Shown here: positions 46,132 to 55,784 of the stretch, piece by piece
How the letters are laid out: every line of letters begins with the position of its first letter
Position numbering within the stretch: the first letter of the stretch is position 1
NCBI RefSeq assembly: GCF_947494125.1
Contig: NZ_CANLTU010000014.1
Coordinates: forward strand, 2,177 to 66,176
DNA: 64,000 nt
Direction of reading: 5' to 3'
Origin: an uncultured Tenacibaculum sp.
Lineage (GTDB): Bacteria; Bacteroidota; Bacteroidia; Flavobacteriales; Flavobacteriaceae
Position numbers and translations under genes: made by a program
The notes under the pieces: generated by a model
Database searches by the model: none
What the model saw: the letters and a program-made list of their open reading frames with translations, nothing else
Told to the model about the DNA's origin: nothing

Positions 46132-48472
46132 CCTCTATAAAGCGTATTTTTTCATTTCCAAAATCATCTATAACTGTTATTTTATATTTTCCTATTTTAG
46201 GTTTTATAGATTGCTCATGATATTGTTGTGTTGTGCCTATATATTTGTTATTTAAATACCAATACACCTTAGCTCCTTCATTTGCGTGCATTAATTTTAA
46301 AATAACAGGATTTAGTTTTTTATTTTCATTTCGTATTAATGATACTTTCGAATATTTTTTCGACGGAAAAATAAAATCCATAGTAGTACTCTCTATTTGA
46401 ATACAATCATTTCTGAAACTAGGTAAAGTCTTATAATTGGCGTTTTTTTGTTGATAATAATATGCCATTAAAGGAGGCAATTCAAACCATACAATATTTT
46501 TTGTATTAGTTATAGACTCACAAGCAGAATTTACTCTATACTTTTCAAATTTATCAACCGTAATTTGTTTATGATATAGACATGATTTAGCATTTATTCC
46601 ACTTTTAGGAATTCCTTTTATTATCGATTTACAAATAGGCAAAGCTAAGTAACCACTTTGCTCGCAAACTTTCTCTTCTATTAAATCTTCATAAGGTTCT
46701 AAAAACCAATCCGATTTAGGTAAAACATCAAAAACATTAAACATTAACGGTGCGGCACTTCCAACTCCTGTTAAATCTGGACGTCCTTCTCCATCAGAGT
46801 TTCCAACCCACACTCCTACTACATATTTTGGAGTTACTCCAATTGCCCAAGCATCTTTATTTCCAAAACTAGTTCCAGTTTTCCAACCTATTTTTTGTGA
46901 AGAATCAAAATACTTCCATGCTTGGTCCGTATATGGCCTATTAACTTCTGTTAACGTGTTTAAAGTAGTAAATGCTGTACCAGCATCAATAGTTACATAA
47001 TTTTCATTTACAGTCCCTAAATCAATTTTATTTGAGTTTGTATAACTCGGAGAGACAAATTCATTTTTATAATATTTATGTTTTAAAGCTTCATAATTAT
47101 TTATAATACCTGCATAACCTGCAAATGTTTTACTCAAATCCCATAAACTAGCTTCAGCACCACCTAAAATTAAAGATAAGCCATAATAATCAGCAGGTTT
47201 ATTAATATCATTAATATGATACTCTTTTAAATCTTCTGTAAATTTTTCTAATCCATACGATTGTAACATGCGTACAGCAGGAATGTTTAACGATCTTGTT
47301 AAAGCTTCATTTGCAGGAACTGCACCATCAAAAGTTAAATTAAAATTATTAGGACTATACCCAGCTATTTCTGTTGGAATATCAGCTACTAATTGAGTTG
47401 GTAATAAATCTCCAGATTGCAACATATGTGCATATAAAAATGGTTTTAAAGTACTTCCTGTACTCCGAGGAGCAATAATATTATTTACATCTTTTTGATG
47501 TTGTTTGTCTGTAGGTGAGTTTCCTACATAACTTACTACTTTCCTAGTTTTAACATCCAACACCAATACTGCCAAATTATATACTTCGTTCTGTTTTTGA
47601 TGTAAATAATGTTGCTTTGCTAAATTATTCACTTGTCTCTGTATATGGATGTCTATAGAACTTTGTATGTATTTTCCTTGGTGCTTTTTTTCTATTTCTT
47701 GTACTAAGTGTTTTGCTAAGCTAGGTAAAGCATAAGGCCTTTTTGGTAATTCTTCTTCAAGAGCTAACTCATAAGTTATTTTATCAATGATATTCTCTTT
47801 ATACAACTTGCCTAATAACCGATTTCTTTTCTTTTTTAATTTTAGTTGATTCTTTCCTGGGTAAATTAAAGATGGTGCATTGGGTAATACAGCTAACGTT
47901 GCACTTTCTGCCCAAGAAAGTTGATGTGGTTGTAAACCAAAATAACGCCACGAAGCCATTTCTAAACCTACTACATTACCTCCAAAAGGTGCATGAGATG
48001 CATATAGTTTTAAAATCTCTTCTTTTGAATACTTAAACTCTAATCGGGTTGCTAATACTAGTTCTTTTAACTTCTCAATATAGGAACGTTGTTGATTTTT
48101 ACGTGCTAAACGAATTACTTGTTGCGTAATAGTACTTCCTCCTCTAACTATTTTCTTAGCTTTAATATTATCAAACATTGCTTTTCCCATAGCAACAGGA
48201 TTAAAGCCAAAATGTTGATAGAAATGTGCATCTTCAAATTGTAAAATACACTGCTCAAACTTTTTTGGAACTGAATCTAATTCAGGAAACCGCCATTGCC
48301 CATCTTTTGCAACTACAGCTCCTAATAACTCATTATTTCTTGCTGTTACAACTGTTGATGTTGGTGTTTGAAAAAGTTTTTGAGGCAAACAATTATAATA
48401 AACAATCATTAATGCACTTATAATGATTGACTTTATTTTATGCTTTTTCAGAAAGTTTACGCCTTTTTTCAT
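46124..48472 (-). CDS. pbpC: Penicillin-binding protein 1C
   Basis: Transglycosylase motifs EDAHF and GGSTITQQ; transpeptidase motifs STLK, SLN and KTGTS; C-terminal BiPBP-like domain. Confidence 0.93.
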   Translation of the reverse strand: MKKGVNFLKKHKIKSIIISALMIVYYNCLPQKLFQTPTSTVVTARNNELLGAVVAKDGQWRFPELDSVPKKFEQCILQFEDAHFYQHFGFNPVAMGKAMFDNIKAKKIVRGGSTITQQVIRLARKNQQRSYIEKLKELVLATRLEFKYSKEEILKLYASHAPFGGNVVGLEMASWRYFGLQPHQLSWAESATLAVLPNAPSLIYPGKNQLKLKKKRNRLLGKLYKENIIDKITYELALEEELPKRPYALPSLAKHLVQEIEKKHQGKYIQSSIDIHIQRQVNNLAKQHYLHQKQNEVYNLAVLVLDVKTRKVVSYVGNSPTDKQHQKDVNNIIAPRSTGSTLKPFLYAHMLQSGDLLPTQLVADIPTEIAGYSPNNFNLTFDGAVPANEALTRSLNIPAVRMLQSYGLEKFTEDLKEYHINDINKPADYYGLSLILGGAEASLWDLSKTFAGYAGIINNYEALKHKYYKNEFVSPSYTNSNKIDLGTVNENYVTIDAGTAFTTLNTLTEVNRPYTDQAWKYFDSSQKIGWKTGTSFGNKDAWAIGVTPKYVVGVWVGNSDGEGRPDLTGVGSAAPLMFNVFDVLPKSDWFLEPYEDLIEEKVCEQSGYLALPICKSIIKGIPKSGINAKSCLYHKQITVDKFEKYRVNSACESITNTKNIVWFELPPLMAYYYQQKNANYKTLPSFRNDCIQIESTTMDFIFPSKKYSKVSLIRNENKKLNPVILKLMHANEGAKVYWYLNNKYIGTTQQYHEQSIKPKIGKYKITVIDDFGNEKIRFIEVK

Positions 48473-48556
48473 CTACAATTTATTCAATTCAAAAGTATAA
48501 AGTTTATCACTAAAATATAACCATAAGTAAGTTATATTTGCAGCTTATTAAATACT

Positions 48557-49504
48557 ATGAGTTTCACCTTACTTTCGTCTCCTTTACAAGGATTTACCGA
48601 TTTTCGTTTTAGAAATGCCCAACACAAATATTTTGGTGGTATTGATACCTATTATGCTCCATATATTAGATTGAATGGGAAATTTAAAATAAAATCTAGT
48701 TACGAACGTGATTTACTACCTGAAAATAACACAACTTTAACGGTTATTCCTCAAGTTATTACGAATAATCCTGATGAGTTTTTGTTTGTTGCTAAATATG
48801 TACAAAGTTTAGGATATAAAGAATTAAACTGGAACTTAGGTTGCCCTTACCCAATGGTAACCAAATCAGGTATGGGGTCTGGATTAATTTGCGACCCTGC
48901 AAGAATTGATGAAGTTTTACACAAAGCTCATAATGAAACAGATATTTTAGTTTCTATGAAAATGAGAATGGGATATGAAAATAGCGAAGAAATTTTACAC
49001 TCCTTCCCTATTTTAGATAAATATCCTTTAAAGAATATAGCTATTCATGCTCGTATTGGTAAGCAACTATATAAAGGTGGAGTAGATTTAGAGGCTTTTC
49101 AAAAATGTATAGATGTTGCCAAACATCAATTGTATTATAATGGTGATATTACTTCTGTAGAAAGCTTTAATGCTATGAAAGAACGTTTTCCTAGCATTAC
49201 ACATTTTATGATTGGGCGTGGATTAATTGCTGATCCTTTTTTACCACAAATGATTAAAGATAATACTACAGAATATCCGAAAGATAGATGGAAACGTTTT
49301 GAAACTTTTCATAATGAAATATATCAACAATACGATGCTGCTTTATCGGGGCCAACTCCAATAAAAATGAAAATGTTAGGCTTTTGGGAATATTTTTCTC
49401 AATCTTTTGCTGATCCTCGTAAAACGTATAAAAAAATTAAAAAAGCTGGAAATCCGAAGAAATACCAAGCTGCTGTAAAAGAGATTTTGAATAGCGAAAA
49501 ATAA
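48557..49504 (+). CDS. tRNA-dihydrouridine synthase (Dus family)
   Basis: SPLQG, NLGCP, VSMKMRMG, IHARIGKQLYKG, NGDI and MIGRG motifs. Confidence 0.9.
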   Translation: MSFTLLSSPLQGFTDFRFRNAQHKYFGGIDTYYAPYIRLNGKFKIKSSYERDLLPENNTTLTVIPQVITNNPDEFLFVAKYVQSLGYKELNWNLGCPYPMVTKSGMGSGLICDPARIDEVLHKAHNETDILVSMKMRMGYENSEEILHSFPILDKYPLKNIAIHARIGKQLYKGGVDLEAFQKCIDVAKHQLYYNGDITSVESFNAMKERFPSITHFMIGRGLIADPFLPQMIKDNTTEYPKDRWKRFETFHNEIYQQYDAALSGPTPIKMKMLGFWEYFSQSFADPRKTYKKIKKAGNPKKYQAAVKEILNSEK

Positions 49505-49625
49505 TACAATTAAATACTTTACTAATATCTTATTAGCATCTTCTTATTAAGCATAAACAATTATTCTTTTTATAATCAATCTTTTAATTATATTTGGATT
49601 CTTGAATAAGAAAACTTAAAATGCT

Positions 49626-52600
49626 ATGAATAGTTTTTACACTAAAATGTCGGCCAAAATACCGACTGGTTTAACACAACCAACAAAATCTTTTAAAAAA
49701 CATGTATGGTTATCTGTACTTGGTTTATTTCTTTTTATAATTCTATATTTTTCATTAACAGTATGGTTTGCCAAATTAGCTTACAATTTATTTGTTGATG
49801 CTAATAATTTTGATGGCCATTTTTGGAATTATTTACTTGCCATATGCTTTGGTTTTTTATCACTTTTTATGATAAAATCTCTTTTCTTTTTAAATAAAAA
49901 AGAAGAAAATTCAATGCAACAATATATCAGTAAGAAGGATGAACCTTTATTATTTGATTTCCTATATAAATTAGCTGATGAAGCAGGAGCTCCAAGGCCT
50001 CACAAAGTGTTTTTAACAGATCGAGTTAATGCTAGTGTTTCCTATGACATTTCTTTTTTAAACTTACTTATACCTTCAAAAAAGAACTTAGAAATTGGAC
50101 TTGGATTAGTTAATGTATTAAGTCTTGGTGAATTTAAGGCTGTATTGGCTCATGAATTTGGACATTTTGCTCAAAAATCAATGCTACTAGGTAGATATGT
50201 TTATGTTGCTCAGCAAATAGCTCATAAAATTATTACTAAACGAGATGCTTTTGACAATTTTTTAGCCGGACTGTCAAGTATCGATATAAGGATATCATGG
50301 ATTGGATGGATACTTTCAATTTTAGTTTGGGCTATTAGATCTTTAATTGAAATTTGTTTCAGTATTGTAATTATTGCTGAAAGAGCTTTATCTAGAGAAA
50401 TGGAATTTCAAGCTGATTTGGTTGCTGTTTCCTTAACAGGAAGTGATGCACTTATTCATGCTTTGTATAAATTACAAATAGCCGATGAAGCTTATGCCAA
50501 TGCTTTAAATTGTATTAACGAAGATTTACAAGAAAAAAAAGCAATTGAAGATATGTATGTATTGCAAACTAATTACATACAACAAATGGCTAAAGTATTG
50601 GATAATACTAATTATGGTAAATCTCCTGAAATCCCTAAAGAAAATCGTGAAAAGCATAGAATATTTACTTCTGCAAAGTATAACCCGCCAAAAATGTGGG
50701 AAACACATCCAGCTGATATAGAAAGAGAAAACAATGCTAAGAAAACTTATATTTATGAACCAATAGATAATCGATTATCTTGGGATTTATTTTCTAATCC
50801 ATCTTTTTATAAAAAAGAATTAACTGAACGACTTATTAAAACAAGTAAGGTCGAAACTGTTTCAATAAGTAATGAAGAAGCTTTAAAAAAACAAAATTCT
50901 ACATTTTTCAATTGGTTATTTTTAAATCCAAAATATCACTCTACTTTTTTACAAAGACAGCCTTTTTTAAATTTTAAAACATCTGAATCTTTATTTGATG
51001 CCGATGTTCCTATTAAACCTTTAAAAGACGATTTTGATAAACTTTATCCTAAAGAAATTAGTAAAAAAATTGATCTACTTCAGGAAATACAACAAGAAAT
51101 TACTGCATTAACTATAAGTAAAAATGAAGCTATAACTATAGAAAAAAGAAGAATATGGCATAGAGGAAATGAAATAAAAAGAAAAGATATTCCTGAGCTT
51201 TTAAATTCTTTGCAAAAAGAAGTTGATGAAATTCAGCAAGAATTAATGGAACACGATAAACGTTGTAGGACTATTCATTTTAAAGCTTCAAAACTTATAA
51301 ATATAAAAGCTAGTGTTTATTTAAAAGAATTAACGAAACTAGTACATTATAGCGAACATAGTATTTCTAGTATTAATGATATAAGAGATAGTTTTAATCA
51401 TACTTTAATTATAGCACTAGCTGATGGAAATGTATCTTCATCTGAATTAGCAGGAATTCTTAAGCTTGGTAATGAATATTATAGTGTTTTAAGAAGAGTT
51501 TACTTGCACAGTAATGAGATTAAACTTTCATCTGAACTACTAAAAAACATTAATATAGAAAACTATTCTTCACTATTTGAAGAATTTAAATTAACCCCTC
51601 CTGATAAAGAAAACATAAATGATTGGGTAAATGTAATTGATGGTTGGACTAATATAGCTATAAATGCTCTTCAAAAATTAAGAAATGAATCATTAGAATT
51701 ATTATTAGAGACTGAGGATAAAGTTAAGAATGCTTATTTACAACAACAACCTTTAGACTTAAAAACAAACTCTCTCTCTATTCCTGAAAAATATGACACT
51801 TTAGTTTCTGGAAATGAGCGAGAAATCCAGCAAAAGTTAAGTTCATGGGATCGTTTTATTATTGGAGATGGTTTAATTCCTTCCATAGCTAAATTTGGCG
51901 TTTCTGCTAGTATTGTTCTAGCAGCTCTGTATTATGGTAATTATTCTCAAAAACTACCTTTATATGTCTATAATGGACTTCAAACAAATGTAAACGTCTC
52001 TTTTAATGATGATATTTATTTTATACCTCCAAATTCATCAAAGAAATTACAATTAAATTATGGTGAAAAATATCATAGCATAACTACTACACTAGAAGGA
52101 GCGTTAATTGAAGAAGATGATTTTGAGTTTAATGATCATTCTGCATATATTTATAATATTGCAAATGCTAGTGTTTTTATGGAGTACCCTATTTTCTATG
52201 GCTATAATTATACACCCTCAGGAATAAATCAAAGAACTTATTTAGGCTCTAAAAAATGGTTTTCTACTAAGGTTGATTACGTTTTAGAAGAACCTCCTGT
52301 ATCAATTGATTTATCTTCTGGTAGTAGCGGAGAAAAAAGGTATGCCTTACATGCTTACAGCGATATTGCGCCAGAAAATATTATGAGCATGTTAACTGAT
52401 TCTATTCAACAAAATAACATTATCAAAACTCATAGCAAATGGGATCATGAAAACAGTAAACATTTAATAACATGGTTACATTATTTAAACGAAATACCTA
52501 ATGGAATTGATGTTGTTAAATCTAGATTAGCTAAAAACCCAACAGAATTAATTAGTTTAAGGGCTATGCAAGATCTTAGTGATTCTTTATCTCTCAAAAA

Positions 52601-53459
52601 TATTTGTGAGAAGAACACACAATTATTAATTAATTCTCCAAACAATCCAAATTATTTTTATTTAGCAACTAGATGTATAGAAAATGAAAATGAAAAAAAT
52701 GCTCAATTTATAAAAGGTTACGAAAAATGGAAAAATCATAGTTGGTTAGCTCTTGCAGCTGCAAGTTGTTATAGTGAAAATGGGTCCTTTTCAAAAGCAT
52801 ATGAAGCTTTTGAAATTGTAAATAATGAAAACAAAGGGCTCCAAGAATTAGTAGCTAATAATGCAGAACGCATAAAAAGAGTGTTAAACAATATATCAAA
52901 GGAAGAAAAGTATGCTAGTATAATAGACAATGAAGAAATAAACTATTATAATAATTTAGAAAATGGAAACATAGAAGGTAAGACTACAAACCCTGATTAT
53001 ATTTATTATCTTTTACATAAAGGTAAAATAGTAGAAGCTTATGAATTAGCTCAAAAATTTGAAGATTATAAAGCTTATGCTCTACGTTTAATTGGAGCTT
53101 CTAAAGGAGCAACTAAACAAATGATAGCTTCTGCGTTAAATATTTCCGAAAAAGAAGGCTTGAATTTAAATAATGTTTGGGCAACTATGGCTCTTGCTAT
53201 AAAAAGCAAAGAGGATTATAAAAAACTCTTACCTTCATTTGAACTGCTTAAGCTAGATAAAAAATATATTAATAAACTGGTTACTCTTATTAAAACAAAA
53301 AAATATTCAAAAGTAGATAAGCATATAGCTAAACTAGAATTAAGATGGAAAGCACAAGCTTATATCATGGCAAATATTATTCTAGATGGTGATATTCCTT
53401 TAAAATGGAAGCAAATATATGAAGGTGGTTTATTTGCAAATGAAAAACCTTATTTGTAG
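49626..53459 (+). CDS. Large M48 (HtpX/Ste24-like) zinc metallopeptidase with long C-terminal extension
   Basis: HEFGH zinc motif, SREMEFQAD and THP motifs; N-terminal TMs; about 900 aa of helical/TPR-like C-terminus with an internal TM. Confidence 0.85.
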   Translation: MNSFYTKMSAKIPTGLTQPTKSFKKHVWLSVLGLFLFIILYFSLTVWFAKLAYNLFVDANNFDGHFWNYLLAICFGFLSLFMIKSLFFLNKKEENSMQQYISKKDEPLLFDFLYKLADEAGAPRPHKVFLTDRVNASVSYDISFLNLLIPSKKNLEIGLGLVNVLSLGEFKAVLAHEFGHFAQKSMLLGRYVYVAQQIAHKIITKRDAFDNFLAGLSSIDIRISWIGWILSILVWAIRSLIEICFSIVIIAERALSREMEFQADLVAVSLTGSDALIHALYKLQIADEAYANALNCINEDLQEKKAIEDMYVLQTNYIQQMAKVLDNTNYGKSPEIPKENREKHRIFTSAKYNPPKMWETHPADIERENNAKKTYIYEPIDNRLSWDLFSNPSFYKKELTERLIKTSKVETVSISNEEALKKQNSTFFNWLFLNPKYHSTFLQRQPFLNFKTSESLFDADVPIKPLKDDFDKLYPKEISKKIDLLQEIQQEITALTISKNEAITIEKRRIWHRGNEIKRKDIPELLNSLQKEVDEIQQELMEHDKRCRTIHFKASKLINIKASVYLKELTKLVHYSEHSISSINDIRDSFNHTLIIALADGNVSSSELAGILKLGNEYYSVLRRVYLHSNEIKLSSELLKNINIENYSSLFEEFKLTPPDKENINDWVNVIDGWTNIAINALQKLRNESLELLLETEDKVKNAYLQQQPLDLKTNSLSIPEKYDTLVSGNEREIQQKLSSWDRFIIGDGLIPSIAKFGVSASIVLAALYYGNYSQKLPLYVYNGLQTNVNVSFNDDIYFIPPNSSKKLQLNYGEKYHSITTTLEGALIEEDDFEFNDHSAYIYNIANASVFMEYPIFYGYNYTPSGINQRTYLGSKKWFSTKVDYVLEEPPVSIDLSSGSSGEKRYALHAYSDIAPENIMSMLTDSIQQNNIIKTHSKWDHENSKHLITWLHYLNEIPNGIDVVKSRLAKNPTELISLRAMQDLSDSLSLKNICEKNTQLLINSPNNPNYFYLATRCIENENEKNAQFIKGYEKWKNHSWLALAAASCYSENGSFSKAYEAFEIVNNENKGLQELVANNAERIKRVLNNISKEEKYASIIDNEEINYYNNLENGNIEGKTTNPDYIYYLLHKGKIVEAYELAQKFEDYKAYALRLIGASKGATKQMIASALNISEKEGLNLNNVWATMALAIKSKEDYKKLLPSFELLKLDKKYINKLVTLIKTKKYSKVDKHIAKLELRWKAQAYIMANIILDGDIPLKWKQIYEGGLFANEKPYL

Positions 53460-53485
53460 TTATTTTATTAATGTTCTAAACCTAT

Positions 53486-53535
53486 ACAAATAAAAAAAGT
53501 ACTTACAATTATTAGTAAGTACTTTTTTTATTTGT
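53486..53535. terminator. Bidirectional terminator with 21-bp stem
   Basis: acaaataaaaaaagtacttac / gtaagtactttttttatttgt between convergent genes. Confidence 0.88.
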
Positions 53536-53548
53536 GTAATAGTATAAT

Positions 53549-54862
53549 TTATGCCAAAGTAATACGTACTTTTTTATTCTTTAAACGTGTATTATTTAAT
53601 TCTTCTATTAACTTTTTTGCTTCACTTATAGGCACTGAAATAAAGGCACAATCTTGCTTTAATTCAATAACACCTAATTGATCTTTTGTTAAGTTTCCTT
53701 TTTTAAAGAACAATCCTGCAATATCTCCTTTTGAAATTTTATCTTTTCTTCCTCCAGAAATAAATAAAGTTTCCCAATAATTAGGCTTTAATTTTTCTTT
53801 TTGAGAAATATCAGCATTAGGAATATTTTTAAGAAACTCCGGTAAGCTTTCTTTTTGCCATTTTAAAATATAAGCAGTTCCTTTAGCATTTACTCTTGCA
53901 GTTCTACCATTTCTATGTGTAAATTCTTCAACTCTTTCTGGCAACTCGTAATGAATAATATATTTCATTTCTGGAATATCAATTCCTCTTGCTGCTAAAT
54001 CAGTTGCAATTAACACCTGACTTGTTCCATTTCTGAATTTTATCAACGAGCGCTCACGATCTCTTTGTTCCATCCCTCCTGAAAAACAACTATGTGCTAT
54101 CTTATTTTTGGTTAAGAACTCGCTTACATGATTTATACTGTCTTTTAAATTACAGAATATAATTCCTTGTTGATTTCCTATATGTTTTAACAATTCAACT
54201 AAAGTCTGATTCTTATTTTTTATAGGAGAAACAACCGTTTTTAAAGTTAACTGTCTAGATTTTTTACCTGTTAAGTAATTTAATATAGTAGGGTTATTTA
54301 AACGAACAAACTCTGGTATTTCAGCTTCTTGAGTTGCTGATGTTAAAATACGTTTACTAATATTAGGTAACTGATTAATAATTCCACGCATTTCATACTC
54401 AAAACCTACTTCTAACGATTTATCGAACTCGTCTAAAATTAAGGTCTTTATACTGTCTTTAGAAAAACGATCGTTTGCAAAGTGATCTGAAATTCTACCT
54501 GGAGTACCAATTAAAATACTTGGAGTATGCTTTAATTCAATTTTATCTTTCGCCATTGAACGTCCACCATACACGGCATTTACTTTTAAACCTGTTCCCA
54601 TTTCACGAATTACCTGTTCTATTTGAATAGCTAATTCTCTTGATGGTACTAAAATTAGAGCTTGAATCTCTTTATTATCAGGTTCTATCAGTTTTAACGT
54701 TGGTAGTAAAAAGCCCAAGGTTTTACCAGTTCCTGTAGGAGAAAGTATTACTGTATTTGCAGTTTCATCAATTGTTGAAATTGCTTTTTGTTGCATTTCA
54801 TTTAATTCATAGATATTCAATTTTGCTAAAATATCTTCCTGTGTTTTCATTGTCGTTGCCAT
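53549..54862 (-). CDS. DEAD/DEAH-box RNA helicase with DbpA-type C-terminal domain
   Basis: SPTGTGKT, PSRELA, GTPGR, DEFD, SAT and HRNGRTAR motifs; GGRKDKISKGDI C-terminal domain. Confidence 0.9.
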   Translation of the reverse strand: MATTMKTQEDILAKLNIYELNEMQQKAISTIDETANTVILSPTGTGKTLGFLLPTLKLIEPDNKEIQALILVPSRELAIQIEQVIREMGTGLKVNAVYGGRSMAKDKIELKHTPSILIGTPGRISDHFANDRFSKDSIKTLILDEFDKSLEVGFEYEMRGIINQLPNISKRILTSATQEAEIPEFVRLNNPTILNYLTGKKSRQLTLKTVVSPIKNKNQTLVELLKHIGNQQGIIFCNLKDSINHVSEFLTKNKIAHSCFSGGMEQRDRERSLIKFRNGTSQVLIATDLAARGIDIPEMKYIIHYELPERVEEFTHRNGRTARVNAKGTAYILKWQKESLPEFLKNIPNADISQKEKLKPNYWETLFISGGRKDKISKGDIAGLFFKKGNLTKDQLGVIELKQDCAFISVPISEAKKLIEELNNTRLKNKKVRITLA

Positions 54863-54945
54863 AATATTTAAATATCTATGAAATTTTTTATCAACCGCAA
54901 AGATAAGTAGTCTTTGATTAGGAAAGATTAAGTATTTTGGAAATT

Positions 54946-54977
54946 ACAAAGCTTATTGATTTCTCAATAAGCTTTGT
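54946..54977 (-). terminator. Hairpin, probable terminator of the upstream lipoprotein gene
   Basis: acaaagcttattga / tcaataagctttgt 14-bp stem with a 4-nt loop. Confidence 0.65.
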
Positions 54978-55015
54978 CTCATTTACGCATTCCTTTTGAA
55001 GGAAAATTATAATTT

Positions 55016-55675
55016 CTATGATCTTTTTCCTGTTGTTATATATTCGATAACATTTTCAATAGATCTTGTTTTAGCTTTCAATAATGTTTTGGTAAAATCA
55101 AACATAAATACTGAACTTTCACCAGTAGAATCAAACTCTAATATTTGTTTTTTCTCTTTTATATTATAAACTATAACTTTAGCCGTTACAACACAAAACT
55201 CTGTTGTGTTATGATGTCCAAAGCTTCCAGGTCCAAAACCAGGTGAATATGAAGATACAAACCTATTATTAATCGTGAAGTTTTTAAAATATAATAAATA
55301 ACGTTTATCACTATTTATAAATAATGAGTTTATTTCAGCTTGATTATTTGCATTGTATCCTTCAATTAACACATCCCAATTAGTGGTAGTATCTATTTCA
55401 AAGTTAGAAGACTTATTATTTTGTCTTATTTGTGTTACAAACTCATTTAAATATGATTTTAAAAAAGCTTTATCATTCTCATAATTTTTTTTATAGGTTT
55501 TAGTGAAGTTATTTAATTGAACATTTTCATGCCCAGCAATTAAAATAGATTTAATTTTTGAATTCATAATTTCACCATTTTTTACTACATTATTTATATA
55601 ATGTCTTGTTGGCATACATGAATTTAAAAAGAAAAAAAAGGAAATTAAACCTAAAAATATTGTATATTTTCTCAT
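55016..55675 (-). CDS. Hypothetical lipoprotein
   Basis: LNSC lipobox; 219 aa ORF with no competing ORF. Confidence 0.68.
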   Translation of the reverse strand: MRKYTIFLGLISFFFFLNSCMPTRHYINNVVKNGEIMNSKIKSILIAGHENVQLNNFTKTYKKNYENDKAFLKSYLNEFVTQIRQNNKSSNFEIDTTTNWDVLIEGYNANNQAEINSLFINSDKRYLLYFKNFTINNRFVSSYSPGFGPGSFGHHNTTEFCVVTAKVIVYNIKEKKQILEFDSTGESSVFMFDFTKTLLKAKTRSIENVIEYITTGKRS

Positions 55676-55724
55676 AGCATTTAGAAATTAAATTAAGCGG
55701 CAATATTAAAAAAAATCTATAAAA

Positions 55725-55756
55725 AAAACTCAGAATTGAATACAATTCTGAGTTTT
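55725..55756 (-). terminator. Intrinsic terminator of the alpha-2-macroglobulin gene
   Basis: aaaactcagaattg / caattctgagtttt stem followed by a U-tract on the minus strand. Confidence 0.82.
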
Positions 55757-55784
55757 AAATAAATGTAAACAAATTTATTTAAGT

